Positions 17,464-25,946 of a stretch of DNA of 25,946 nt are shown here, piece by piece. The DNA lies in contig JBFFTZ010000001.1 in NCBI GenBank assembly GCA_041571575.1, positions 1-25,946 of the forward strand, read 5' to 3'. Below the pieces are notes generated by a model. It made no database searches. It had not been told where the DNA came from and saw only the letters and a list, made by a program, of their open reading frames with translations. Position 1 is the first letter of the stretch. Each line of letters begins with the position of its first letter. The position numbers and the translations under genes are program-made. This DNA is from Gammaproteobacteria bacterium (GTDB lineage: Bacteria; Pseudomonadota; Gammaproteobacteria; Steroidobacterales; BM003).

Positions 17464-18989
17464 TAGTCGCTACGGGTGACCCGAAGTAGTTCTTCGATAG
17501 AGGTCTGGCCCGATAGCACTTTTTCAACGCCGTCTTCGCGCAGCCCTGGTGAGAGGGTCCTGGCATAGCGCTCAAGTTCTTGCTCGCTGGCGCCGTCATG
17601 AATCAAGGTGCGCATGTGATCATCCAGGGAGACGAGTTCATAGATTCCTGAACGACCCCGGTACCCATTTCCGTCCACGCCATCTCCGGTACCCGGCTTG
17701 TACAGGGTAGGCGGATGGTTGATATCAGCACCGAGTAACTGGCATTCATATTCGCCCGCGACAAACGGTATTTTGCTCGAATCCAGGCGACGTACCAGGC
17801 GCTGTGACATCACGCCCAGGAGACTGGAGGAAAGCAGGAAGGGTTCTACGCCCATGTCCCGCAGGCGGGTGATTGCACCCACCGCCGTGTTGGTATGCAG
17901 TGTAGACAGCACAAGGTGGCCGGTGAGACTGGCGCGAATCGCAATTTCTGCTGTCTCAAGGTCACGAATTTCACCCACCATCACCACATCCGGATCCTGG
18001 CGGAGAATGGCTCGCAGTCCTCGCGCGAAGGTCATGTCCACCTTGGTGTTGACCTGGGTCTGGCCGATGCCGTCGATGTAATACTCGATGGGGTCTTCCA
18101 CCGTCATGATGTTGCGGCTGTTGTCATTGATTCGTGACAGGGCCGCGTACAGGGTAGTGGTTTTTCCCGAGCCGGTAGGGCCGGTTACCAGGATAATGCC
18201 GTGGGGCTTGTGGATCAGCTTGTCAATCGTCCGCAGGGCGTCGGTGCGCATGCCAAGTTGTTCCAGGTCCAACCGTCCCGCTTGCTTGTCCAGCAGTCTC
18301 AGCACGACGCGTTCGCCGTGTCCCGAGGGCAGGGTGGAGACACGGACATCGACTGCACGTCCGGCGATCCTCAATGAGATGCGTCCATCCTGTGGCAGAC
18401 GCTTCTCGGCAATATCAAGCTTGGACATGACCTTGATACGGGAAACCACCAGGGGCGCCACGGCGCGACGGGACTGCAGCACTTCGCGCAGTACGCCATC
18501 CACCCTGAACCTGACGACCAGGCGGTTCTCAAAAGGCTCGATGTGAATATCCGACGCATCCTCTTTCACCGCCTGGGTAAGGATTGCGTTAATCAAACGA
18601 ATGATAGGCGCGTCGTCGTCGCTTTCCAGTAGATCCGACGGCTCGGGTAGCGCCTGGGCTACGCTGAACAGGTCGGTATCCGCATCCAGTCCTTCCATCA
18701 TTTCCATTGCCTGGCTGGAACCGGCCTCGTAGGCCTCCTGCAACAGGGTGTCGAAATGTTCGGTGGTGACGGCCTTGAGTTCAAACGGGCGATTAAAATA
18801 GCGTCTTAGTTCGGCCAGCACTCGCGGTGCAATTCCCGGACGATGCAATGCCAGTAGTTTCCCTTCCGGAGTTTCCTGGACCAGTACTCCATGGCGCTTT
18901 GCAAAGGTGAAAGGCAGGCGACGGCTAACGCTTTCGGTCGCGGCCTTGTCGATAACGCCAATTACCTGTTCCTGGTTGCTGGATTCCAT
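17463..18989 (-). CDS. gspE: Type II secretion ATPase GspE (lacks the Cys4 zinc motif)
   Basis: ASDIHIEP, RLPQDGR, Walker A GPTGSGKTT, TVEDPIEY, Walker B RQDPDVVMVGEIRD, TGHLVLSTLH. ATG 18989 preferred because it avoids overlap with gspD. Confidence 0.95.
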   Translation of the reverse strand: MESSNQEQVIGVIDKAATESVSRRLPFTFAKRHGVLVQETPEGKLLALHRPGIAPRVLAELRRYFNRPFELKAVTTEHFDTLLQEAYEAGSSQAMEMMEGLDADTDLFSVAQALPEPSDLLESDDDAPIIRLINAILTQAVKEDASDIHIEPFENRLVVRFRVDGVLREVLQSRRAVAPLVVSRIKVMSKLDIAEKRLPQDGRISLRIAGRAVDVRVSTLPSGHGERVVLRLLDKQAGRLDLEQLGMRTDALRTIDKLIHKPHGIILVTGPTGSGKTTTLYAALSRINDNSRNIMTVEDPIEYYIDGIGQTQVNTKVDMTFARGLRAILRQDPDVVMVGEIRDLETAEIAIRASLTGHLVLSTLHTNTAVGAITRLRDMGVEPFLLSSSLLGVMSQRLVRRLDSSKIPFVAGEYECQLLGADINHPPTLYKPGTGDGVDGNGYRGRSGIYELVSLDDHMRTLIHDGASEQELERYARTLSPGLREDGVEKVLSGQTSIEELLRVTRSD

Positions 18990-18993
18990 TGTC

Positions 18994-21003
18994 TTACTGG
19001 TCCCCGGCAGGCTCGCCTGACGGCTCCATGCTGCCAAGGATGTCCAGATCAGGCAGGGTCGGACGCTGCTGATTTGGCATCAGGCTTACATCTTCAGGCT
19101 GCTCCGCCTGCAGGCTGCGAATCATTCGGTACTTGGCGTCGGTTTCCGTCGCGTACTGGCGAGCGTCACGCAGGATCGTTGGATGGATAAATACCATCAG
19201 GTTGTTCTTGTTGTTGGAGGTTGTGCGCGAACGGAAAAATTCGCCCACCAGGGGAATGGATCCGAGTATCGGCACTCGCTGCTCAGTCTCGGTGAGGGTG
19301 TTCTGGGTAAGTCCACCCAGCACAACGATACCGCCATCCTTGACCAGTACACTGGTGTGGATGGAGCGTTTGTTGGTAATCAGATCTGATGCGCCTTCGA
19401 CGCTTTGTGCAATATCAGAGGCCTCCTGGTCAATTTTCAGCATCACCATGTCACCCTCGTTAATTTGCGGGGTGATCTTCAGCACGATGCCGACGTCCTT
19501 GCGTTCAATGGTCGTGAATGGATTCACAAGCCCGGCTGTGCCGCCGGTATTGGTGAACTGACCGGTACGGAAGGGTACTTCCTGGGCGACTCGAATTTCC
19601 GCTTCCTCGTTATCCAGGGTAATGACAGAAGGGGTGGAAATAATGTTGGAATCGGAGTCCGAGGACAGGGCCTTTAGCAGTACCGCAAAATTCGTTCCCG
19701 AGTCGCTGATGTTCCCCAGTCCCAGGCTGACACCTGATCCAAGCGCGCCTATTGCGGCGCCTGCATTGTCACCGGTTGAAGCTGCCAGTAAATCCACCAC
19801 GCCAGGGGCCGTGTTACTGAAACGGGTTGCCATGGCACCGGCATCTTCATTGCCGATAGCCCAGGTCACACCCAGTTCGGCGGCCTTGTCGAACTGCATG
19901 GCAACCAGGATGGCCTCCACTGATACCTGGGCGCGCTGAATGTCCAGTTTATCTATGATGGCCATCAGGGTGCGCATGGGTTTCGGCGGAGCCGTTATGA
20001 CCAGGGCATTGGTTTCTTCCTCTGCCCAGATAATGATGCCGCTATCGTTCTGCCTTGGCGCTGAGGTAGCGCCCGGGCCGCTGGTCGATGCAGATCGCGC
20101 TGCACCGGTTATCTGCTCAGTGAGCTTGGTTGCCAGATCTACCGCATTTGAATAACGCAGATAGCGCACCCGGGTGTTTCCCACGTCTTCAAGCGGGGTG
20201 TCCAGGTGGGCGATCAGGGACTGAATTTTCAAGCGGGCGCTTCTGTCTCCACTGACCAGCACAGAGTTGGTGCGCTCGTCCGCCACCATATTGATCTGGG
20301 CAGACTCGGGACCACTCGCCTGAAGCAAGGAGGTCAGTACCCGGACCACTTCACCGGCAGATGCATGCTCAAGTGTCAGGACCTGAACGTCATCGTCTCC
20401 CGCGCTGTCAATGCGCTGAATGATCCGCACCATACGTTTTACGTTGGCGGAACGATCTGAAATAATCAGCATATTGGAGGCGGGATGTGCCGCCATATGC
20501 CCGTACTGGGGGATAAGCGGGCGCAGAATGGGAACCAGTTGTGCGGCCTGCACATTCTTGACGCTGACTACCTGGGTAACGATTTCATCGCCCCCTGTAC
20601 CACTAATGTTTGTTAAGTCCAGGGCGGGCATCGAACGTGCATTGGCATCGGGAAGAATCTTGATGACATCGCCGGCGGGCAGCGCTACATAACCGTATAC
20701 CTGCAAAATCGAGAGAAAAGCCTCGTAAAACGCTTCCGAGGACAAGGCCGTATTGGAGACCATGGTCACGCTGGCCTTAACCCGCGGGTCCACAATAAAG
20801 TTCTTGCCGGTCACGGCGCTTACCGCTTCGATCACTGTCCCAATATCGACATTGCGATAATTGGGTGTGATGGCCGCTTGCTGTGCCGACGCAATGCTTG
20901 GCAGGCTGCCTGCCACGATCACGCTGCCCAGCAATCCAATCAGCAATGGCGCTAGAAGATGGCGAATGCCCCGAGTCCGGTTCTTATTCATATTTTGTCT
21001 CAT
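18994..21003 (-). CDS. gspD: Type II secretion secretin GspD
   Basis: N0 (GKNFIVDPRVK), three N-domain repeats (N1-N3), secretin core (STPSVITLDNEEAEIRVAQEVP, VPILGSIPLVGEFF, NLMVFIHPTIL). Start could be ATG 20991. Confidence 0.95.
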   Translation of the reverse strand: MRQNMNKNRTRGIRHLLAPLLIGLLGSVIVAGSLPSIASAQQAAITPNYRNVDIGTVIEAVSAVTGKNFIVDPRVKASVTMVSNTALSSEAFYEAFLSILQVYGYVALPAGDVIKILPDANARSMPALDLTNISGTGGDEIVTQVVSVKNVQAAQLVPILRPLIPQYGHMAAHPASNMLIISDRSANVKRMVRIIQRIDSAGDDDVQVLTLEHASAGEVVRVLTSLLQASGPESAQINMVADERTNSVLVSGDRSARLKIQSLIAHLDTPLEDVGNTRVRYLRYSNAVDLATKLTEQITGAARSASTSGPGATSAPRQNDSGIIIWAEEETNALVITAPPKPMRTLMAIIDKLDIQRAQVSVEAILVAMQFDKAAELGVTWAIGNEDAGAMATRFSNTAPGVVDLLAASTGDNAGAAIGALGSGVSLGLGNISDSGTNFAVLLKALSSDSDSNIISTPSVITLDNEEAEIRVAQEVPFRTGQFTNTGGTAGLVNPFTTIERKDVGIVLKITPQINEGDMVMLKIDQEASDIAQSVEGASDLITNKRSIHTSVLVKDGGIVVLGGLTQNTLTETEQRVPILGSIPLVGEFFRSRTTSNNKNNLMVFIHPTILRDARQYATETDAKYRMIRSLQAEQPEDVSLMPNQQRPTLPDLDILGSMEPSGEPAGDQ

Positions 21004-21037
21004 GGGTTCTGGTTACTCTTGGCCTGTACGAAGTCAG

Positions 21038-21979
21038 CTATTCCTCGTCCTGGCCCGCTAGAACTGCGGTGTCCAGGACCAAGACCTCTGGTTGCCCGTT
21101 TCGTTCGATTGTGACAGTCACCGACGTTGCGTCACCTATGGACTGGAACACTTCCATTCCAGAGGCGGGATCGTTAAGTGCCGTTCCGTTTATTTCTGTT
21201 ACCAGGTCTCCCGGTCTTAGTCCCAGCGCCGCGAAAGTGCGCCGGTCCTTTCCAGGATAAAGTCGGTAACCACGCTGTTGCCCGTCCGCAAATACGGGTT
21301 GCGGGCGCATCACGTCGGTCAGTTTTGTCACGTTATCGGCGATGACATTCGCGACCGTTGGACGACTCAGCCTGCTGCTGCCCCTGCTGCTGCTTGCACC
21401 TCGTGACGCGCCGGCATTTGTACTGCCTGCTTCTTGCTTGGGCAGGCGCAGTGCCTCGAGTCGTCCGCCACGGTCCAGCAACACCCGGTCAGTATATACG
21501 CCATGCAGGCGTGTTCCGCGGGTAATGCTGTCTCCAATCGCAAAAACCTTGGTGTCTTTGCCGCGTTCGTGAATCAGTGCGAAGGATTCCTCGACGAGCT
21601 CCGATGCAATGGTTCCAAGCAACTCGAGGCTCAAGGTCGTGTCGGGAGCGGCCGTGGGATCGATTTCCTGGGCCTGCTGCGCTTCTTCCTCGCTCTGCTT
21701 GCTGATCTCACCAAAAAGGTGAGCGTTTACGAGGCGGTCAATTTCCGCTTCGTTCACGGAGTTCAGTGAAGCCTGGCTGGGAACCCTGGAAAGCGGATTC
21801 AACGTGGAGGTTTCCGGTGCTGGATAGGGGGCAAAAATCCATACCAGTCGGGTCATCTGCCAGCCGATTGCTACAGCCAGCACGGCCGCCACCGCTCCGG
21901 GGAGCAGTGCCAGACTTTGCGCCAGTATTCGGTCTGGCGGCAACTGGCTGAATTCTCTTAATTTTTGACTTATGCCCAT
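21038..21979 (-). CDS. gspC: Type II secretion protein GspC with HR and PDZ domains
   Basis: One N-terminal TM segment; APDTTLSLELLGT; VYTDRVLLDRGGRLEALRLP; PDZ-like GYRLYPG...GLRPGDLVTEING. Confidence 0.9.
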   Translation of the reverse strand: MGISQKLREFSQLPPDRILAQSLALLPGAVAAVLAVAIGWQMTRLVWIFAPYPAPETSTLNPLSRVPSQASLNSVNEAEIDRLVNAHLFGEISKQSEEEAQQAQEIDPTAAPDTTLSLELLGTIASELVEESFALIHERGKDTKVFAIGDSITRGTRLHGVYTDRVLLDRGGRLEALRLPKQEAGSTNAGASRGASSSRGSSRLSRPTVANVIADNVTKLTDVMRPQPVFADGQQRGYRLYPGKDRRTFAALGLRPGDLVTEINGTALNDPASGMEVFQSIGDATSVTVTIERNGQPEVLVLDTAVLAGQDEE

Positions 21980-22040
21980 ATATAAGATTTTCGTTTAATC
22001 CTGGCAGTCTTAAATGGCGTCGATAACATGTTAAAGGGGA

Positions 22041-22056
22041 TTTGAGGGCTGTCACA
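22041..22056. promoter_or_regulatory. Near-consensus CRP-type site in the gspC / cyclase divergent region
   Basis: TTTGA-gggctg-TCACA: 9 of 10 core positions match TGTGA-N6-TCACA. Confidence 0.4.
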
Positions 22057-22148
22057 AGCGTATTTCTCCCTACACGTCTTTCATGTTGCTCCCATTAGGT
22101 TAAACTTCAAGAAATTTTCTGAACGCACTGTAAAAAAAGAGGAATCTT

Positions 22149-24377
22149 TTGACTTCACGTGTCTGGATCCGGATTCTCATCAGCCTGGTGCTGTTCCTCC
22201 CGTTCTTTTTCAATTTGCGCGGAAACTGGCCGATCCCCGCTTTCCAGCATCTTGAGAACCTGGCTTACGACCTGAGAGTCAGGATCACCATGCCTGGAAC
22301 GGTGGATGATCGGATAGTGATCGTGGACCTGGACGAACGAAGCATCGTGGAACTGGGGCAGTGGCCATGGCCTCGTTCACTGCTGGCTGAGCTGGTCACG
22401 CGTTTGTTTGATGACTACGGAATTCGGGTCCTGGGCTGGGATATGGTGTTCCCGGAACCCGACCGAAATTCCGGCGCTGAATTACTTGACGAGATTGAGT
22501 CTGGATCCTTCGGGATATCTCCGGAATTGCGCAGGCATATGCAAGGATTGCGCCCCGCGCTGGAGACGGACCGGATCTTTGCAGAGGCCTTGTGGGGACG
22601 AAATGTCGTCCTGGGTTTTGTTTTTCGTCATGCCGGGGACACAGGTTCTGACGTGCTGACCGGCGAATTGCCACCGCCACTGATTTCGGCGGCCCAACAA
22701 GAAACCCGGATTCCGTTTATCGAGGCGCTTGCCTACACCGGCAACCTGGCGGAGTTGCAGGCTGCCGTGCCCTATGCCGGATTTTTTGAGAATGCCACCC
22801 TGGACAATGACGGGGTTTACCGCCGGGTCCCGTTACTCCAGCAATACCAGGGCGCTATATACGAATCCCTGGGCCTGGCGGTAGCCAGGGCCGCACTGGA
22901 ACACCCGCCACTGCGTTTTGAGTTTTATTCCGGGGCTAACGGTCCCAGGGATGGACTGGACCTTGAATGGTTGTGGGTGAGTGACCGAAAAGTACCCATG
23001 GACGCCGAGGCGGCGGTATTGGTTCCCTACCGTGGGCCCCTGGGAAGTTTCCCCTATGTTTCGGCGCTGGATGTGTTCAATGGCACGGCGCCCAAGTACC
23101 CCCTGAAAGATGCCATCGTGCTGATTGGTACCAGCGCCCCCGGCCTGCATGACCTGCGGACGACGCCGGTTGGCGACCGTTACACGGGGGTGGAGATTCA
23201 CGCGAATATTGTGTCGGGCATCCTGGATGAAAGGATGTTGCAGCATCCCTTCTATGTGCGGGGAATAGAATTAGTCTCCCTGTTGCTAATCGCCTTGCTC
23301 ATGACGCCGGTACTGGCCAGGGCCTCGGTGGTGGCATCCATCGTGTTCTCACTGGGTCTGCTTGGGGCGATATGTGGTTTCAATCTGGCGATGTGGACCC
23401 AGGCCGGTATGGTGATTCCGCTGGCGACGCCGCTGCTGTATGCCTTTGCCATGTACGTGGCCCATATGGTCTATGGCTATTTCGTTGAAGCCCGCGGTCG
23501 GCGTGCCTTGTCCAATCTGTTTGGCCAGTATGTTCCGCCTGAGCTGGTGGTGGAGATGGGGCAGAACCCTTCCCAGTTCGACATGAGTAGCGACAGTCGG
23601 GAGATGACCGTGTTGTTTTCCGATGTTCGGGGTTTTACCAGCATCGCTGAAACCCTGGCGCCCCGTGAATTGAGTCAATTGATGAACGAGTTCCTCACTC
23701 CGATGACCAAGGTCATCCATCGGCACAGGGGAACCATCGACAAGTATATGGGTGACGCCATCATGGCCTTCTGGGGAGCCCCCCTGGAGGATGAGAATCA
23801 CGCCCGCAACGCGTTGCTGGCGGCGATCGAAATGCAGGGCGCCTTGCAGGAGTTACTACCGGAATTCGCCAAGAGGGGTTGGCCGGGAATTCGCATCGGT
23901 ATCGGTATTAATACCGGCATGATGCGTGTGGGGAACATGGGATCGGAATTTCGTATGGCGTATACGGTCATGGGGGATTCGGTCAACCTGGGCGCGCGGA
24001 TCGAGGGTCTGACCAAGACCTACGGTGTGACCGTCGCGGTGGGGGAGGCGACTCGAAATGCCGTGCCTGACTTCACCTTCCTGGAATTGGACCGGGTTCG
24101 GGTAAGAGGCAAGGACAAGCCTGTAGCGATTTACGAGCCCCTGGGGCCCCGCAACGGTCTTGACCCGGAAACCCGGGCTATGTTGCGTCGCTACCATGAG
24201 GCTCTGCGTTTGTATCGTGCCGGCGACTGGGAGGTCGCGGAGAAAGAGTTTTACCTGTTGCACCAGACCTATCGGCAACGAAAAATTTTCCAGATCTACC
24301 TGGATCGGCTGGCTCATTATCGCAACCAACCCCCCGGAGACGACTGGGACGGGGTGTTCAGCTACGGCGAAAACTAG
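22149..24377 (+). CDS. CHASE2-domain class III adenylate cyclase with C-terminal TPR-like helices
   Basis: CHASE2 motifs IVIVDLDERS, QWPWPR, IVLIGTSAPG, GVEIHANIV; three TM segments; cyclase motifs VLFSDVRGFT, DKYMGDAIMAFW (Lys favouring ATP), YTVMGDSVNLGARIE; TTG start after SD GAGG. Confidence 0.92.
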   Translation: MTSRVWIRILISLVLFLPFFFNLRGNWPIPAFQHLENLAYDLRVRITMPGTVDDRIVIVDLDERSIVELGQWPWPRSLLAELVTRLFDDYGIRVLGWDMVFPEPDRNSGAELLDEIESGSFGISPELRRHMQGLRPALETDRIFAEALWGRNVVLGFVFRHAGDTGSDVLTGELPPPLISAAQQETRIPFIEALAYTGNLAELQAAVPYAGFFENATLDNDGVYRRVPLLQQYQGAIYESLGLAVARAALEHPPLRFEFYSGANGPRDGLDLEWLWVSDRKVPMDAEAAVLVPYRGPLGSFPYVSALDVFNGTAPKYPLKDAIVLIGTSAPGLHDLRTTPVGDRYTGVEIHANIVSGILDERMLQHPFYVRGIELVSLLLIALLMTPVLARASVVASIVFSLGLLGAICGFNLAMWTQAGMVIPLATPLLYAFAMYVAHMVYGYFVEARGRRALSNLFGQYVPPELVVEMGQNPSQFDMSSDSREMTVLFSDVRGFTSIAETLAPRELSQLMNEFLTPMTKVIHRHRGTIDKYMGDAIMAFWGAPLEDENHARNALLAAIEMQGALQELLPEFAKRGWPGIRIGIGINTGMMRVGNMGSEFRMAYTVMGDSVNLGARIEGLTKTYGVTVAVGEATRNAVPDFTFLELDRVRVRGKDKPVAIYEPLGPRNGLDPETRAMLRRYHEALRLYRAGDWEVAEKEFYLLHQTYRQRKIFQIYLDRLAHYRNQPPGDDWDGVFSYGEN

Positions 24378-24391
24378 CCCCGCCGGGGCTA
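24375..24391 (+). terminator. Hairpin overlapping the cyclase stop codon, possible terminator
   Basis: TAGCCCC-gcc-GGGGCTA; the T-run begins about 6 nt later, so it is not a canonical terminator. Confidence 0.35.
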
Positions 24392-24560
24392 CAGCTATTT
24401 TTGCCCATTGAGTGGCTTGTGTTCGGCCGACTTGGCCTTAATATATGTTAGGTATAGCCCCCTATAGCGGCGGCTCCGATTCCTGTATTTTGGGGTTTCG
24501 GTTGGCATACGCCCCGGCACTACGCATGTAACCCCCTGAAATTGGTTTAAAAGATCGAGT

Positions 24561-24878
24561 ATGTCAGAGCAGAGTAATCAACCCGACCGCGGCATCGCGG
24601 TGGAAGAAGCGCAGCCCAAGCTGAAGCGGCCTCCCATGTACCAGGTCGTGCTGTTAAATGACGACTACACGCCCATGGAGTTCGTGGTGCAGGTATTGGA
24701 AAGCATCTTTTCGCTGGACAGGACATCGGCCACGAGAATCATGCTTGAGGTTCACACTCGCGGGAAGGGAATATGTGGCGTGTTTACGTACGAAATTGCT
24801 GAGACCAAGGTTGCCCAGGTGAACAGCTTTTCCCGTGAGCACCAGCACCCCCTCATGTGCACACTGGAAGAGTCATGA
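24561..24878 (+). CDS. clpS: N-degron adaptor ClpS
   Basis: [37 protein letters not shown]; directly upstream of clpA. Confidence 0.97.
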   Translation: MSEQSNQPDRGIAVEEAQPKLKRPPMYQVVLLNDDYTPMEFVVQVLESIFSLDRTSATRIMLEVHTRGKGICGVFTYEIAETKVAQVNSFSREHQHPLMCTLEES

Positions 24879-24880
24879 GT

Positions 24881-25946
24881 ATGTTAAGCAGCGAACTGGA
24901 GTTTTGCCTGAACGATGCGTTTGGCCGAGCCCGGGATGATCGACACGAATTTATTACGGTAGAGCATTTGTTGCTCGCCTTGCTAAGCGCTCCCAAGGTG
25001 GCCGAAATTCTCGGCTCATGCGGTGCCAAGCTGGATAAGCTTGGCAAGGAGTTGGAAGAATTTATTGACGAGAACACGCCCCGGTTGTCAGAGGATGTGG
25101 ACAGTGGCGTTGAGCGCGAGGTTCAGCCCACGCTTGGATTCCAGCGTGTGCTTCAGCGAGCGGTCTTTCACGTTCAGTCCAGCGGCAAGAAGGAAGTCAC
25201 CGGCGTCAACGTGTTGGTGGCGATTTTTGGTGAGAAGCAGTCCCAGGCCTGCTACCTGTTGAGTTTGCACGGGGTCTCCCGGCTGGACGTGGTGAATTAC
25301 ATTTCCCACGGATTGGCCAGGACGGAAGAGCAGGGCGAGGAAGTCGAGAACCCGGAGGGTGCGGCTACAGAGTCTGAAAGCAGTGCGCTTGAAAAGTACG
25401 CCACTAACCTGAATGCCAGGGCGAAGGAAGGCCGTATTGATCCGCTGATCGGACGGGATCTGGAAGTTGAGCGCACGGTGCAGATTCTGTGCCGGCGTCG
25501 CAAGAATAATCCCCTGTACGTGGGCGATGCCGGCGTGGGCAAGACGGCGCTGGCCGAGGGGCTCGCGCGACGTATTGTTGAATCTGAGGTTCCCGAGATT
25601 CTGCGGGACTCAACCGTGTATGCCCTGGACATGGGCGCACTGGTTGCCGGCACCAAGTACCGCGGTGATTTTGAAAAACGCCTCAAAGACTTGCTTGCCG
25701 AACTCAAGCAGGACCCGGCGGCGATCCTGTTCATTGACGAGATTCATCCGGTGATGGGCGCCGGCGCCGCTTCCGGCGGTGTCATGGATGCTTCCAACCT
25801 GATCAAGCCTGTGCTGGCCAATGGAGAACTACGGTGCATCGGTTCGACAACCTTTGATGAGTTCAGGGGTATTTTCGAGAAAGACCACGCACTGGCCCGG
25901 CGGTTCCAGAAGGTCGAGGTACTGGAACCTTCGATTGATGAGACCT
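24881..25946 (+). CDS. clpA: ATP-dependent Clp protease ATPase ClpA (3'-truncated by the window edge)
   Basis: Absent from the ORF track because it has no stop in the window. Manual translation gives [11 protein letters not shown]...[40 protein letters not shown], Walker [17 protein letters not shown], Walker B ILFIDE, LARRFQK. An in-frame ATG also lies at 24875. Confidence 0.97.
   Translation, partial: MLSSELEFCLNDAFGRARDDRHEFITVEHLLLALLSAPKVAEILGSCGAKLDKLGKELEEFIDENTPRLSEDVDSGVEREVQPTLGFQRVLQRAVFHVQSSGKKEVTGVNVLVAIFGEKQSQACYLLSLHGVSRLDVVNYISHGLARTEEQGEEVENPEGAATESESSALEKYATNLNARAKEGRIDPLIGRDLEVERTVQILCRRRKNNPLYVGDAGVGKTALAEGLARRIVESEVPEILRDSTVYALDMGALVAGTKYRGDFEKRLKDLLAELKQDPAAILFIDEIHPVMGAGAASGGVMDASNLIKPVLANGELRCIGSTTFDEFRGIFEKDHALARRFQKVEVLEPSIDET

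Noticed and set aside
24500-24560. Sigma32 heat-shock promoter upstream of clpS
   Set aside because: A CTGAAA element is present, but there is no CCCCAT-like -10 at the 13-14 nt spacing.

Overview
Chromosomal, mostly housekeeping window from a fairly GC-rich gammaproteobacterium (inferred from the protein families and gene order). No mobile element, CRISPR array, rRNA or tRNA was seen. Gene order: rne (minus strand, runs off the left edge) <> rluC >< maf/yceF <> yceD-rpmF-plsX-fabH >< a 63-aa orphan small ORF <> GST-family gene overlapping a LysM L,D-transpeptidase >< an Lpp/OprI-like alanine-zipper lipoprotein <> lexA-imuA-imuB-dnaE2 >< gspF-gspE-gspD-gspC (minus) <> CHASE2 adenylate cyclase > clpS-clpA (runs off the right edge). 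Strongest leads: (1) an unannotated 63-aa ORF under a textbook class II CRP-type promoter (perfect TGTGA-N6-TCACA centred at -41.5), with a second near-consensus CRP-type box between the T2SS genes and a CHASE2 adenylate cyclase, hinting at a local cAMP regulon; (2) a long Lpp/OprI-like lipoprotein with an internal Cys-Cys pair and C-terminal Lys, facing its likely anchoring L,D-transpeptidase; (3) a GspE that has lost all four zinc-ligand cysteines; (4) an E. coli-type LexA with tandem CTGT-N8-ACAG boxes heading the mutasome cassette, whose ImuB may carry its clamp motif at the N-terminus. All calls come from manual reading and motif recognition; no database searches or folding programs were run.
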